A stretch of 64,000 bases of DNA from an uncultured Candidatus Rokubacteria bacterium (GCA_963708025.1 CAVPSB010000012.1:128001-192000); one strand, 5' to 3'. Counted from the stretch's first letter, positions 26,232 through 35,934 are shown. Made by a program: numbers and translations. Notes: generated by a model not told the origin, from the sequence alone.

Positions 26232-26749
26232 CCGGGGCACGTGACGCGCGGGTCGGAATCGTGATGGGCAGCGACTCCGACCTCGAGGTACTCCAGGAAG
26301 CGGCGAAGATCCTCGACGCCCTGAGCGTGCCCTACGAGATGACGGTGGCGTCCGCCCACCGGAGCCCGGAGCGCACCCGCCGGTGGGTGCACGACGCGAT
26401 GGCGCGCGGCGTCCGCGTCTTCATCGCGGGGGCGGGCGGCGCCGCCGCGCTGCCCGGGTTCGTGGCCTCCGAGACCACGCTGCCGGTCCTCGGCGTGCCG
26501 ATCCCGTCGGTGCTGAACGGGCTCGACTCACTCCTCTCCATGGTGCAGATGCCCAAGGGGCTCCCGGTGGCGACGCTGGCCATCGGCAAGCCCGGTGCCG
26601 CCAACGCGGGGATCCTCGCCGCCCAGATCCTGGCCCTCGCCGATCCCGACCTGTCCCGGCGGCTGACCGAACACCGCGCCGAGATGGCCCGGGAGGTGGA
26701 GGCCCGCGCCCGGAAGGTCGAGCAGGCGCATGCCCGCCCGGCTCCCTGA
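26228..26749 (+). CDS. purE: N5-CAIR mutase / AIR carboxylase PurE
   Basis: MGSDSD, SAHRSP, GLDSLLSMVQMP.G.PVAT. Confidence 0.96.
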   Translation: MTGARDARVGIVMGSDSDLEVLQEAAKILDALSVPYEMTVASAHRSPERTRRWVHDAMARGVRVFIAGAGGAAALPGFVASETTLPVLGVPIPSVLNGLDSLLSMVQMPKGLPVATLAIGKPGAANAGILAAQILALADPDLSRRLTEHRAEMAREVEARARKVEQAHARPAP

Positions 26750-27395
26750 CGGGCCGGCCCGTAACGCCCGCGTCCGGGTGGTGGACGCCGAGCGCCCGGC
26801 GACCGCGGACATCATCGCGGCGGCCGACTGCCTCCGCGCCGGCGGGCTGGTCGCCTTCCCGACGGAGACGTTCTACGGCCTCGGGGCCGACGCCCTCGAC
26901 CCGGCCGCGGTGGCCCGGGTGTTCCACGCCAAGGGCCGGCCGGCCGACAAGCCGCTGCTCGTCCTGGTGGACTCGCCGGCGATGGCCGGCGAGGTGACCG
27001 TGGACATCCCCGAGCGGGCGCGTCGGCTGATGGCGCGCTACTGGCCGGGGCCGCTGACGCTGATCCTCAACGCCCGGCCCCACCTCCCGCCGGCGCTGAC
27101 CGCCGGCACCGGCACGATCGGCGTGCGCGTTCCGGGCCATCCCGTCGCCCGGGCGCTCGTGCGCGCGGCCGGCCGGCCGGTCACCGCGCCGAGCGCGAAC
27201 CCGCACGGCGCCCCGAGTCCGCGCACGGCGCCCGAGGTCCTCGCCGGTCTCGGGGACGCCGTGGACCTCGTCCTCGACGCCGGCCCGACACCGGGCGGGC
27301 TACCCTCGACGCTGGTCAACCTGACCGGGGCCGATCCCCGGGTGATCCGCCCGGGCGCGGTGCGCCTGGGACCGGATGACTTGAGCGACGAATGA
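26730..27395 (+). CDS. tsaC: L-threonylcarbamoyladenylate synthase (TsaC/Sua5, short form)
   Basis: AFPTETFYGL, KGRP..KPL, WPGPLT, APSAN. Confidence 0.93.
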   Translation: MPARLPDGPARNARVRVVDAERPATADIIAAADCLRAGGLVAFPTETFYGLGADALDPAAVARVFHAKGRPADKPLLVLVDSPAMAGEVTVDIPERARRLMARYWPGPLTLILNARPHLPPALTAGTGTIGVRVPGHPVARALVRAAGRPVTAPSANPHGAPSPRTAPEVLAGLGDAVDLVLDAGPTPGGLPSTLVNLTGADPRVIRPGAVRLGPDDLSDE

Positions 27396-27420
27396 CCCGT
27401 GTTATGATTCTTGTGACTCG

Positions 27421-28047
27421 ATGCCTCATGTCAGCGGCGTCATCCTGGCCGGCGGCCAGAGCCGGCGGATGGGTGGATCCCCGAAAGCGCTGATCCCGTT
27501 CGATGGCCGACCGCTCGTGTCGCACATCGTGGAGAAGGTGACCGCGGTCCTGCCTGACTGTCTCGTCGTCACCAACTCGCCGGAGCTGTACGCCTTCCTC
27601 GGCCTTCCCATGATCGGCGACGCCTTCCCGGAGGGAGGCTCGCTCGGCGGGATCTACTCGGGCCTGGCCGCCGTGCCGGGGGACGCCGCGCTCTGCCTCG
27701 CCTGCGACATGCCCTTCGTCTCCGCCGGTCTCCTCGGCCACCTGGCCGAGCGGGCGGGGGAGGCCGACGTCGTGATCCCCGACGCGGCCGGCGAATTGCA
27801 GCCGCTCCACGCCGTATACGGCAAGCGCTGCCTCCCGGTCATGGAGCGGCGGCTCCGGGCCGGCCGGCTCAAGATCACCGGGTTCTTCGAGGAGGTGCGC
27901 ATCCTGCGAATCCCGGACGCGGAGGTCTCTCGGTTCGACGCACCCGAGCTGGCCTTCATGAACCTCAACACGCCCGAGGACGTGGCGCGGGCCCGCCAGA
28001 CCTGGGCCGAGCGGGCGGCGAGCCGGGGAGGCGGGCGGGGCTGCTAG
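27421..28047 (+). CDS. mobA: Molybdenum cofactor guanylyltransferase
   Basis: ILAGGQSRRMG..KA, ACDMPF, QPLHAVY, NLNTPED. Confidence 0.92.
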   Translation: MPHVSGVILAGGQSRRMGGSPKALIPFDGRPLVSHIVEKVTAVLPDCLVVTNSPELYAFLGLPMIGDAFPEGGSLGGIYSGLAAVPGDAALCLACDMPFVSAGLLGHLAERAGEADVVIPDAAGELQPLHAVYGKRCLPVMERRLRAGRLKITGFFEEVRILRIPDAEVSRFDAPELAFMNLNTPEDVARARQTWAERAASRGGGRGC

Positions 28048-28090
28048 AGCTATGAAGTACCGACCCGGGACACTCGAGTGACGAGACACC

Positions 28091-28204
28091 CGGAGGGGGG
28101 GACCGGGGCGTCCGGAGGGACGCGGCGCACCGAGGGCCGCAGGCGGGTGCCCGCTTGCGGGTGGGCGCCGCGGCGAGCCGGAGGAGCGCGTAGCTCCCCC
28201 CCGG
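28091..28204. repeat. Family-3 palindromic element, intergenic
   Basis: GGGGGGGA...TCCCCCCC ends, nested hairpins, motifs shared with the purF insert. Confidence 0.55.
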
Positions 28205-28263
28205 CCCGACTGATTCCGGGCGCATCTGGGCCGGCGCGCCGCGGGCGTCGTCGGTAGCCCAAC

Positions 28264-29085
28264 GTGGACGCACGGGTCGCCGGGCTCGAGGTCGGCTCGA
28301 TCGAGGAGCTGAATGGCCTGCCGGCCGAGGTGCGCGAAGGGCTCTACAGCCGGCTCGTCCCGCCCGAGCTGCTGACCCGACTCGGAGCCGATCCGCGCAG
28401 CGGGCGAAACGCGGCCGGCGACGGGCTGGTCCGGGTGGTTGCCGCCGCCGGCCAGCCGTGGACCCGGGTCGAGGTCCGCGCCTCTCGCGACGATCGGGAC
28501 GCGGTGCTGCTGGTGGACGTCGAGATGAGCCCCTTCGGGGTGCCGGAGCTGTCCTTCGTGCAGATCACCGATCCGACCGCCGAGCGGTTCGGGATCGACC
28601 GGGACGAGGAGGGTCAGGACACGCTCTTCGGCACGGCGACCCGCAATCGAGAGGAGGAGCGGCGCGCGCTCGAAGCCGGGCTGGCGCCCGGTCAGGTCCG
28701 CCGTGGCCTCAAGATGCTGGGCGGCGTGATGGCGGCGATGGAGGACTTCTGCCGGCTCCTCGGAAAGGAGCTGTTCCTGGTCGAGCCGCTCTTCTACCAC
28801 TCGGCGCTCCTCTACGAGCGTCACGGCTGCGCGTACCTCTTCGGGGAGGACCTCATGGCGCGGATCCACGACGAGTTCCAGCCCGGCGGTCGACTGCATG
28901 CCGCGCTGGAAGCCGGGGAGCCGTTTCGCCAGCCGGGCTTCGACCGGACGGCACGCAAGCGGAGCTGGGCGATCCACGACGGGATCCTGAGCGTGCTCGG
29001 CGACGCGCCGTGGGGCGGCGTGAAGATGTACCGCCAGCTCGGCCGGCCGGCTGGCCTGTCCTCCTTCCCCGACGGAGCCTACTGA
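28264..29085 (+). CDS. Conserved-looking hypothetical protein (possible GNAT-like fold)
   Basis: Good GC3 codon pattern; GLAPGQVRRGL, EPLFYHSALLYER.G, RSWAIHDGIL; stop overlaps the next start. Confidence 0.7.
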   Translation: MDARVAGLEVGSIEELNGLPAEVREGLYSRLVPPELLTRLGADPRSGRNAAGDGLVRVVAAAGQPWTRVEVRASRDDRDAVLLVDVEMSPFGVPELSFVQITDPTAERFGIDRDEEGQDTLFGTATRNREEERRALEAGLAPGQVRRGLKMLGGVMAAMEDFCRLLGKELFLVEPLFYHSALLYERHGCAYLFGEDLMARIHDEFQPGGRLHAALEAGEPFRQPGFDRTARKRSWAIHDGILSVLGDAPWGGVKMYRQLGRPAGLSSFPDGAY

Positions 29086-30713
29086 TGGAGCTCGCCGAGG
29101 CACGCTCGCTCGTCGACATCCTCACGATCCGGGCCCGCCAGGCGCCGTCGGGCGTGTTCTTCGAGCTGTTCGACGAGCCGATGACCTACGGCGCCCTGTG
29201 GGACATGGCCCGCCGCTACGGCGCCGGCCTGGCCGCGGCCGGCATCGCGCGCGGCGACCGGGTCGTCATTCTGCTCCCAACGTGCAAGGAGTTCTTCGCG
29301 ACCTTCTTCGGGGTGATGGCCGTGGGCGCGATTCCGGTGCCGCTCTACCCGACGTTCGGCCCCGACGAGCTGGCGAGCATCTTCGCTCACGCCGAGCCGC
29401 GGGCGGCGGTCACGATCTCGTGGTTCGAGGCCACGATCCGCAAGGCCCAGGAGCACGCCCCCTCGCTCGGCCGGATCCTCGAGCCCGACGAGCTCGATCA
29501 CCCGGCCGCCGAGCCGGTCTGGCCCGCGCTCGGCGGCGAGGAGACGGCCTTCCTCCAGTACACCTCGGGCTCGACCGGCCAGCCGAAGGGCGTGGACCTG
29601 CCCCACCGGAGTCTCCTGGCCAACATCCGGGCCTTCGTCGAGGCGGTCCAGGCGAAGCCGGGGGAGCCGGTGGTGAGCTGGCTCCCCCTCTACCACGACA
29701 TGGGGCTCATCGGCCTCGGCCTCGGCACCCTCTATGCCGGCTGCCACCTGCACCTGCTCCCGCCCGACCTGCGGAACCCGCGCCAGTGGCTCGAGCTGGT
29801 GACCCGGACACGCGCCACCATCACCGCCTCGCCGGACTTCGGCTATCGGAACTGCCTCCGGAACATCCACGACGTGGGGGGCCTCGACCTGTCCTCCCTT
29901 CGCGTGGCCTTCACCGGGGCCGAGCCGATCCGGCCGGACACCGTGCGAGAGTTCGAGGCGCGGTTCGGGATCGAGAACGTCATGCTGCCCGCCTACGGCC
30001 TGGCGGAGGCGACCCTGGCGGTGGCCCTCGGCGACCTCGGCGCCCCGATCCGGGGCGATCGCTCGGGTCGCTTCGTGGGCGTCGGGCGGCCGATTCCGGG
30101 GGTCGAGGTCGGGATCTGGGAGGAGCGGGACGGCCAGGGGCCCGGCCGCCGGCTGCCGCCGGGGGAGGTCGGTGAGATCGTCGTCCGGACCCCGGCCGCG
30201 ATGCGCGGCTACTATCGCGATCCGGCGGCGACGGCGCACGCCTTCCGGTCGGGGTGGCTCCACACCGGCGACCTCGGCTACCGCGACCCGGACGGCTACC
30301 TCTTCGTGGTCGGGCGACAGAAGGACGTGATCATCGTTCGGGGCGAGAACCTGATGCCGCTCGACGTCGAGAAGGTGGTGGACGCCGTGCCCGGGGTCCG
30401 CTACTCGGCGGCGGTGGGGATCATCTCCGAGCGCCTGGGCACCCAGCGCCTGGTGGTGGTGGCCGAGATGCGCCGCCCGGACGCCGATCCCGCGGAGGCC
30501 TCCGGCCTCGTCCGCCGGATCGTCACGGCGGTGCACCGGATCCGCGGCTTCCGTCCCTCCCGCGTGCTCCTCGTGCGGCCCGGCACCATCCCCAAGACGA
30601 CGAGCGGCAAGATCCAGCACGCGCGCCTGGGCGAGCTGGTCGCCGACGCCCAGCTGGGGGACGCGCTCGTGTACCCGCTGCGGGGCTCCGAGCGGGCCGG
30701 CGCCGATGCCTAG
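29085..30713 (+). CDS. AMP-binding enzyme, fatty acyl-AMP ligase-like
   Basis: FLQYTSGSTGQPKG, SWLPLYHDMGLIG, YGLAEATL, WLHTGDLG, PKTTSGK. Confidence 0.9.
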   Translation: MELAEARSLVDILTIRARQAPSGVFFELFDEPMTYGALWDMARRYGAGLAAAGIARGDRVVILLPTCKEFFATFFGVMAVGAIPVPLYPTFGPDELASIFAHAEPRAAVTISWFEATIRKAQEHAPSLGRILEPDELDHPAAEPVWPALGGEETAFLQYTSGSTGQPKGVDLPHRSLLANIRAFVEAVQAKPGEPVVSWLPLYHDMGLIGLGLGTLYAGCHLHLLPPDLRNPRQWLELVTRTRATITASPDFGYRNCLRNIHDVGGLDLSSLRVAFTGAEPIRPDTVREFEARFGIENVMLPAYGLAEATLAVALGDLGAPIRGDRSGRFVGVGRPIPGVEVGIWEERDGQGPGRRLPPGEVGEIVVRTPAAMRGYYRDPAATAHAFRSGWLHTGDLGYRDPDGYLFVVGRQKDVIIVRGENLMPLDVEKVVDAVPGVRYSAAVGIISERLGTQRLVVVAEMRRPDADPAEASGLVRRIVTAVHRIRGFRPSRVLLVRPGTIPKTTSGKIQHARLGELVADAQLGDALVYPLRGSERAGADA

Positions 30714-30855
30714 GCGACGGGGCGGCAAGCCGGCGGCCTCCAAGCCCCGGAAGCCGATGCCGCGGAAGCCTCCGAAGGTCCAGGTGCCGGAAACGGTGTA
30801 TCGGCGACGAGCGAAGCACCGGAAGCCCCCGGGTCTCGCCGAGTCCGCCCAGTAG
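30706..30855 (+). CDS. Small basic protein (49 aa), ArfA-like motif
   Basis: Manually translated MPRRRGGKPAASKPRKPMPRKPPKVQVPETVYRRRAKHRKPPGLAESAQ; absent from the ORF track. Confidence 0.5.
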   Translation: MPRRRGGKPAASKPRKPMPRKPPKVQVPETVYRRRAKHRKPPGLAESAQ

Positions 30856-30941
30856 ACGGTCGCCCACCCGACTCTCGGCCGCCCGGCTCGAAATATTCGG
30901 GGCGGGGGTTCCCGGCCTCCCCTGGTAGACTGAACGCTCTG

Positions 30942-32141
30942 ATGAAGCCGGCACTCGTCGTTCACTATCACGAGATCAGCCTCAAGGGAGGCAACCGTCC
31001 ACTCTTCCTGCGGCGGCTCGCCGAGAACCTTCACCGGGCGACGGCGGGCCGGGGCGTGCGGGCGATCCGCCGCCTGCCCGGCCGGGTGGTCCTGGATCTG
31101 GAGCCCGGGGCCGACGTGGCGTTCCTGCAGGAGCGCGTGGCGACCGTCTTCGGGGTGGCGAACTTCGCCCCCGGGCTCGCCGTCCCGGCCGAGCTGGAGG
31201 CGGTGAAGGAGGCGATGCTCGCCCTCCTGGCCGGCCGCAGCTTCGAGACGTTCCGGATCACGGCGCGCCGCACGTTCAAGGTGTTTCCGATGACCTCCGA
31301 GGAGGTCAACCGGGAGCTCGGGGCGCTCGTCCTGAAGCACTTCTCCACGCGCGTGAACCTGAGCCGACCGGCGCTCACCGTCTACGTCGAGCTGCTGCCG
31401 CGCGAGGGGCTGCTGTACGTCGATCGCCTGGCCGGTCCCGGCGGCCTCCCGGTGGGGGTCTCCGGCCGCGTCGTGAGCCTGCTCTCGGGCGGGATCGACT
31501 CGCCGGTGGCCGCCCGCCGGCTCCAGAAGCGCGGCTGCCAGGTGGAGTTCGTCCACTTCCACTCGGCACCGTACCTGTCGACCACCTCGCAGGCCAAGGC
31601 CCGGGCCCTCGTCGAGCGGCTGGTCCGCCACCAGTTCGGCGCCCGGCTCTGGCTGGTCCCCTTCGGCGACATCCAGCGGGAGGTCCTGCTGGCGGTGCCG
31701 CCACCGCTGCGAGTGATCGTCTACCGCCGGTTGATGGCGCGGATCGCCGAGGGCCTGGCCCGCCGGGTGGGCGCCCTCGCCCTGGTCACCGGGGAGAGCC
31801 TGGGGCAGGTGGCCTCGCAGACGCTCGAGAACCTCGCGCGCTCGACCGAGGTGGTGACGATGCCGATCCTCCGCCCCCTGATCGGAAGCGACAAGGAGGA
31901 GATCATCCGGGAGGCGAAGGCAATCGGCACCTACGAGATCTCGATCGAGCCCGATCAGGACTGCTGCACGCTCTTCGTGCCCAAGCACCCGGAGACCCAC
32001 GCCAGCGCCACCGCCCTGGCCCGGGCCGAGGCCGGGCTGCCCGTGGCGCGCCTGGTGGAGACCGGGCTCGGCCAGGCCACCGCCGAGGAGTTCACCTTTC
32101 CGTCCGGGTCGGCGCCGGCGTGGCCCGAGGTCGTGGGTTAG
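30942..32141 (+). CDS. thiI: tRNA 4-thiouridine synthase ThiI (no rhodanese domain)
   Basis: HYHEISLKG.NR, THUMP, LLSGGIDSPVA, GESLGQVASQT, DCC. Confidence 0.95.
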   Translation: MKPALVVHYHEISLKGGNRPLFLRRLAENLHRATAGRGVRAIRRLPGRVVLDLEPGADVAFLQERVATVFGVANFAPGLAVPAELEAVKEAMLALLAGRSFETFRITARRTFKVFPMTSEEVNRELGALVLKHFSTRVNLSRPALTVYVELLPREGLLYVDRLAGPGGLPVGVSGRVVSLLSGGIDSPVAARRLQKRGCQVEFVHFHSAPYLSTTSQAKARALVERLVRHQFGARLWLVPFGDIQREVLLAVPPPLRVIVYRRLMARIAEGLARRVGALALVTGESLGQVASQTLENLARSTEVVTMPILRPLIGSDKEEIIREAKAIGTYEISIEPDQDCCTLFVPKHPETHASATALARAEAGLPVARLVETGLGQATAEEFTFPSGSAPAWPEVVG

Positions 32142-32172
32142 CTGCTCCCGGCCCGACTGAGGGCGGCCTGCC

Positions 32173-33519
32173 ATGTCAGACCTGTCGAAGGTGCTCGTGG
32201 TGGAGGACGACGAGCGGATCCGCTCGCTCTTCGAGGATGCCCTCTCCGTCCTCGGCTACCAGGTCACCACCGCCAGCACGGGCGGCCGGGCCATCGAGCT
32301 GATCCAGGGCCAGCTCTTCGACACCATCATCTGCGACATCCGGATGCCGGAGATGGACGGGTTGGAGATCCTGCGCGAAATCAAGCGGCACGACCCCTCG
32401 GTGGAGGTCGTGATGGTGACCGGCTATCCCACCGTCAACACCGCCGTGGAGGCGCTGAAGCTCGGCGCCTACGACTACCTGGCGAAGCCGGTCCGGCTCG
32501 ACGAGCTGCAGCACCTGATGGCGCGCCTGACCGAGCGCCGCCTCCTCCGGCGCGAGGTCAGCTCGCTGCGCACCCGGCTCGGCGAGCAGCTCCCGCTCAA
32601 GGAGCTGATCGGCGCCTCGCCCCAGATGGTCCGCGTCAAAGAGGTGGTCGCCAAGATGGCGACGACCGACTCCCCGGTCCTCATCGAGGGCGAGAGCGGC
32701 ACCGGCAAGGACCTGGTGGCGGCCGCCATTCACCGGCTGTCGAACCGCAGCAAGCGGCCGTTCATCCCGGTGAACTGCGGGGCGGTGCCCCCGGATCTCC
32801 TGGAGTCCGAGTTCTTCGGCCACATCCGCGGTGCCTTCTCGGGGGCGGTGGCCGACAACCTCGGCCTCTTTCGCTCGGCGGACGGCGGGACGATCTTCCT
32901 CGACGAGGTCGCCGAGCTGCCGCCCCCCCTCCAGGTGAAGCTGCTCCGCGTCCTGGAGGAGAAGGAGATCCGCCCCGTCGGCTCGGCCCGCAGCTACACC
33001 GTGGACGTCCGCGTCGTCGCCGCCACCAATCGGCTGCTGGAGCAGGCGGTCAAGGACGGGACCCTCCGGACCGATCTCTTCTACCGCCTCGACGTCGTCC
33101 GGATCGTGATGCCGCCGCTCCGCGAGCGCAAGGGTGACATCCCGGCGCTGGTAAGCTACTTCCTGCGCCAGCTCAACCAGCGCTTCGCCCGGGACGTGCG
33201 CGGCCTCGCCCCGGAGGCGACGGCGGCGCTCGTGGCGTACCACTATCCCGGCAACGTGCGGGAGCTGGAGAATCTGCTGGAGCGCGCTTACGCGCTCGGG
33301 TCCCGGGAACAGATCACGCTCGCCGATCTGCCGGCGCTGTCGGCCGGCACGCCGACCGTGACGCCGCTGGCCGACCTGCCGCGCCTCGCCGACGCCGAGC
33401 GCGAGCTGATCCTCCGCGCGCTCCGGCAGTACGACAACGACAAGGACCGCGCTGCCCGGGCCCTCGGCATCTCCCGCCGCACGCTCTACCGCCGCCTGAA
33501 GTCCTACGGCTTGCTCTAG
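32173..33519 (+). CDS. Sigma54-dependent response regulator (NtrC family: REC-AAA+-Fis HTH)
   Basis: GESGTGK, ESEFFGH..GAFSGA, FLDEV, PGNVREL, LGISRRTLYR. Confidence 0.94.
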   Translation: MSDLSKVLVVEDDERIRSLFEDALSVLGYQVTTASTGGRAIELIQGQLFDTIICDIRMPEMDGLEILREIKRHDPSVEVVMVTGYPTVNTAVEALKLGAYDYLAKPVRLDELQHLMARLTERRLLRREVSSLRTRLGEQLPLKELIGASPQMVRVKEVVAKMATTDSPVLIEGESGTGKDLVAAAIHRLSNRSKRPFIPVNCGAVPPDLLESEFFGHIRGAFSGAVADNLGLFRSADGGTIFLDEVAELPPPLQVKLLRVLEEKEIRPVGSARSYTVDVRVVAATNRLLEQAVKDGTLRTDLFYRLDVVRIVMPPLRERKGDIPALVSYFLRQLNQRFARDVRGLAPEATAALVAYHYPGNVRELENLLERAYALGSREQITLADLPALSAGTPTVTPLADLPRLADAERELILRALRQYDNDKDRAARALGISRRTLYRRLKSYGLL

Positions 33520-33567
33520 CCTCGCGGTCCGGCTCGGCTGACGGTCCGCGCGAGCGCAGGGGGAGGC

Positions 33568-33775
33568 GTGTCAGCGTGACACCACGACGGAGCCGGTCCG
33601 TCACGACGCTCCACGATTCGCGCGCGCCTCGACCCTCGGTCACCGTCGTCTAGCCTGGGCCGGCGGAGGGGCTCGCCTGATCGAAAGGCGGCGCCCCGCC
33701 GAACCCTTCCAAGCAGGCCTACTACGAGGAAAAGTCGCGTGCCAGCCTGACATGTCACGGGTGCCATTCCGGCAC
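33568..33775. promoter_or_regulatory. Candidate upstream activator sites GTG(T/C)CA-N3-(T/C)G(A/G)CA(C/T)
   Basis: Related palindromes at 33568-33582, 33739-33753 and 33761-33775. Confidence 0.5.
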
Positions 33776-33838
33776 CAGGAGCCCCTCGGTCGGAGCTGGT
33801 CCCGCCAGTGTTTTCGTGGCTTTCCTCTCATCGCCCGC

Positions 33839-33854
33839 TGGCACCCGGGATGCA
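33839..33854 (+). promoter_or_regulatory. Candidate sigma54 -24/-12 promoter
   Basis: TGGCAC-CCGGG-ATGCA, canonical GG-N10-GC spacing. Confidence 0.65.
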
Positions 33855-33925
33855 CTCCCGCATCCGCGTCCCGCCCGTTTTCAGCTGCGTAGGTCCGTCT
33901 CGGATCGGAGGGGGGTTCAGGCGAG

Positions 33926-34288
33926 ATGGCCAAGGTGATGGTCGTGGACGACGCCTTCGCGGACCTCAAGCTCATGGAGTCCATCCTCGCCGGCGCCGGC
34001 CACGAGGTCGTCTCCTACGCCGACGGGGTCCGCCTCGAGGAGCGACTCTTGGCCGACCAGCCGGACGTGGTCCTGCTCGACATCGTCATGCCGAACCGGA
34101 ACGGCTACGACATCCTGCGATCGCTCAAGCGGGATGAGCGGACCCGCCACACCCCGGTGGTCCTGGTGACCTCGAAGAACCAGGAGAGCGACCGGATCTG
34201 GGGGAAGCGGCAGGGCGCCGACGAGTACGTGACGAAGCCGTTCACGCCGGAGCAGCTGCTGACGGTGGTCCGGCGCTTCGTCAAGTAG
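33926..34288 (+). CDS. Single-domain response regulator, PilH/CheY-like
   Basis: VVDD, LDIVMP..NGY, TSKNQESDRIWG.RQGA.EY.TKPF (PilH-type). Confidence 0.88.
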   Translation: MAKVMVVDDAFADLKLMESILAGAGHEVVSYADGVRLEERLLADQPDVVLLDIVMPNRNGYDILRSLKRDERTRHTPVVLVTSKNQESDRIWGKRQGADEYVTKPFTPEQLLTVVRRFVK

Positions 34289-34328
34289 CACGGGCGGGCG
34301 GCGGGGCACCGACGGGAGGGATCGCGGC

Positions 34329-35927
34329 ATGGCGGGGATCAGCATCGCGGACGACCGGCACGCGGTGACGCTGCACGAGCGGGCGACGACGCTCTACGAG
34401 ACCGAGGAGTGGGTCGGCGTCGAGGACTGGCTGACCGTGCTCTCGGGTTTCCTGATGATCGTCCTCTCGCTGTACGTCTTCTTCGTCGGGGCGCCGGTCG
34501 CGATGCCGACCTTCCGCTGGGCGACCGACGGCGAGTTCGCCGGCACCGTCGCCGCGAACGGACCGGCCCTCGAGAAGCTGATCCAGACCGCCGGGATCCG
34601 GGGGGAGACGCCGGTCCTCTCGGCAGCCCAGGGCCTGCAGGCGGCCATCGCGGCCGGGGACCGGGCGGCCATCGGGGCAGCCGCGAAGAAGCTCGGCGAC
34701 GCGGCCCGGACGGCGCGGGATGCCGGGGCCGTGAAGGCGGGGTCCGACATCGCCCGGAAGATCGCCGGCGCCGCTTCGGCCGTGGTCGGCGACGTCTTCT
34801 CCGCCACCAATCTCTGGCGCGCCGCCCAGGTGGGCATCGTGTACCTGGTGGTCTGCGCGCTGGCCGTCGGCCTGATCGGCGGCCACGTCGGCAAGTACCT
34901 ACTGGGCTTTCCGATCGTGTACGCGCTCGCCTGCCTGGCGCGGGTCATCGCTGGCAACACGACCGTGAACTACTGGGGGATCGAGTACGTCGTCTTCGCC
35001 CTGCTGCTGGGCCTGTTCGTGAGCAACGTGATCGGGGTGCCCGCCTGGCTACTGGAGGCCGTCAAGACCGAGTACTACATCCGGGCCGGGCTGGTCATTC
35101 TCGGCGCGACCATCTTGTTCTCCGAGATTCTCGAGGCCGGAGCATTCGGGATTCTCCAGGCGCTCCTGGTCGTGACGGTCGTCTGGTATGTCTGCTTCTG
35201 GCTGTGTCGGCGGCTGAAGGTTGACGACGGGTTCTCCGCCATGCTGGCCACCGCGGTCTCCATCTGCGGCGTGTCGGCGGCCATCGCCGCCTACGGCGCG
35301 GTCCGCGGTGACCGCAAGAAGCTCTCCTACGTCACCTCCCTGGTCCTCATGGTCGCGGTCCCGATGATGATCCTCCAGCCCTGGATCGCCAAGCTCGTCG
35401 GGATGCCCGATCTGGTCGCCGGAGCGTGGCTCGGCGGCACCCTGGACACCAGCGCCTCGGTGGTCGCTGCCGGCGAGCTCATCAGCCCCCAGGCGATGAA
35501 GATCGGGACCATCGTCAAGCTGTCCCAGAACGTCCTGATCGGGGTCGTGGCCTTTCTGCTGGCCTTCTGGTGGGTCTTCCGCCAGGGCGAGCAGACGGGG
35601 GAGCGGCCGAGCCCGGCGTTGATTTGGAACCGGTTCCCCAAGTTCGTCCTCGGCTTCATAGTCGCCTCGGCGGCGTTCTCCTTCCTTCTCGAGCCCGAGG
35701 TCGTCACCGCGACGAAGGATCTGCTCTCCAACATGCGGACCTTCTGGTTCGCCCTGGCCTTCACCTGTGTCGGCCTGGAGACGCGCTTCACCGACCTGGT
35801 CCGGCTGGAGGGGGGTCGGCCCGCCCTGGCCTTCCTCGGCGCCCAGGCGGTGAACATCGTCTGGGCATTGATCCTGGCCTACCTGCTCTTCGGCGGGATC
35901 CTCTTCGCCCCGCGGGTGATCGGGTGA
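34329..35927 (+). CDS. YeiH / putative sulfate exporter family transporter
   Basis: EYYIRAGLVILG, SICGVSAAIA, GGTLDTS..VVAAG, VKLSQNVLIG, FPKFVLGF, GLET. Confidence 0.88.
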   Translation: MAGISIADDRHAVTLHERATTLYETEEWVGVEDWLTVLSGFLMIVLSLYVFFVGAPVAMPTFRWATDGEFAGTVAANGPALEKLIQTAGIRGETPVLSAAQGLQAAIAAGDRAAIGAAAKKLGDAARTARDAGAVKAGSDIARKIAGAASAVVGDVFSATNLWRAAQVGIVYLVVCALAVGLIGGHVGKYLLGFPIVYALACLARVIAGNTTVNYWGIEYVVFALLLGLFVSNVIGVPAWLLEAVKTEYYIRAGLVILGATILFSEILEAGAFGILQALLVVTVVWYVCFWLCRRLKVDDGFSAMLATAVSICGVSAAIAAYGAVRGDRKKLSYVTSLVLMVAVPMMILQPWIAKLVGMPDLVAGAWLGGTLDTSASVVAAGELISPQAMKIGTIVKLSQNVLIGVVAFLLAFWWVFRQGEQTGERPSPALIWNRFPKFVLGFIVASAAFSFLLEPEVVTATKDLLSNMRTFWFALAFTCVGLETRFTDLVRLEGGRPALAFLGAQAVNIVWALILAYLLFGGILFAPRVIG

Positions 35928-35934
35928 GGCGGGT

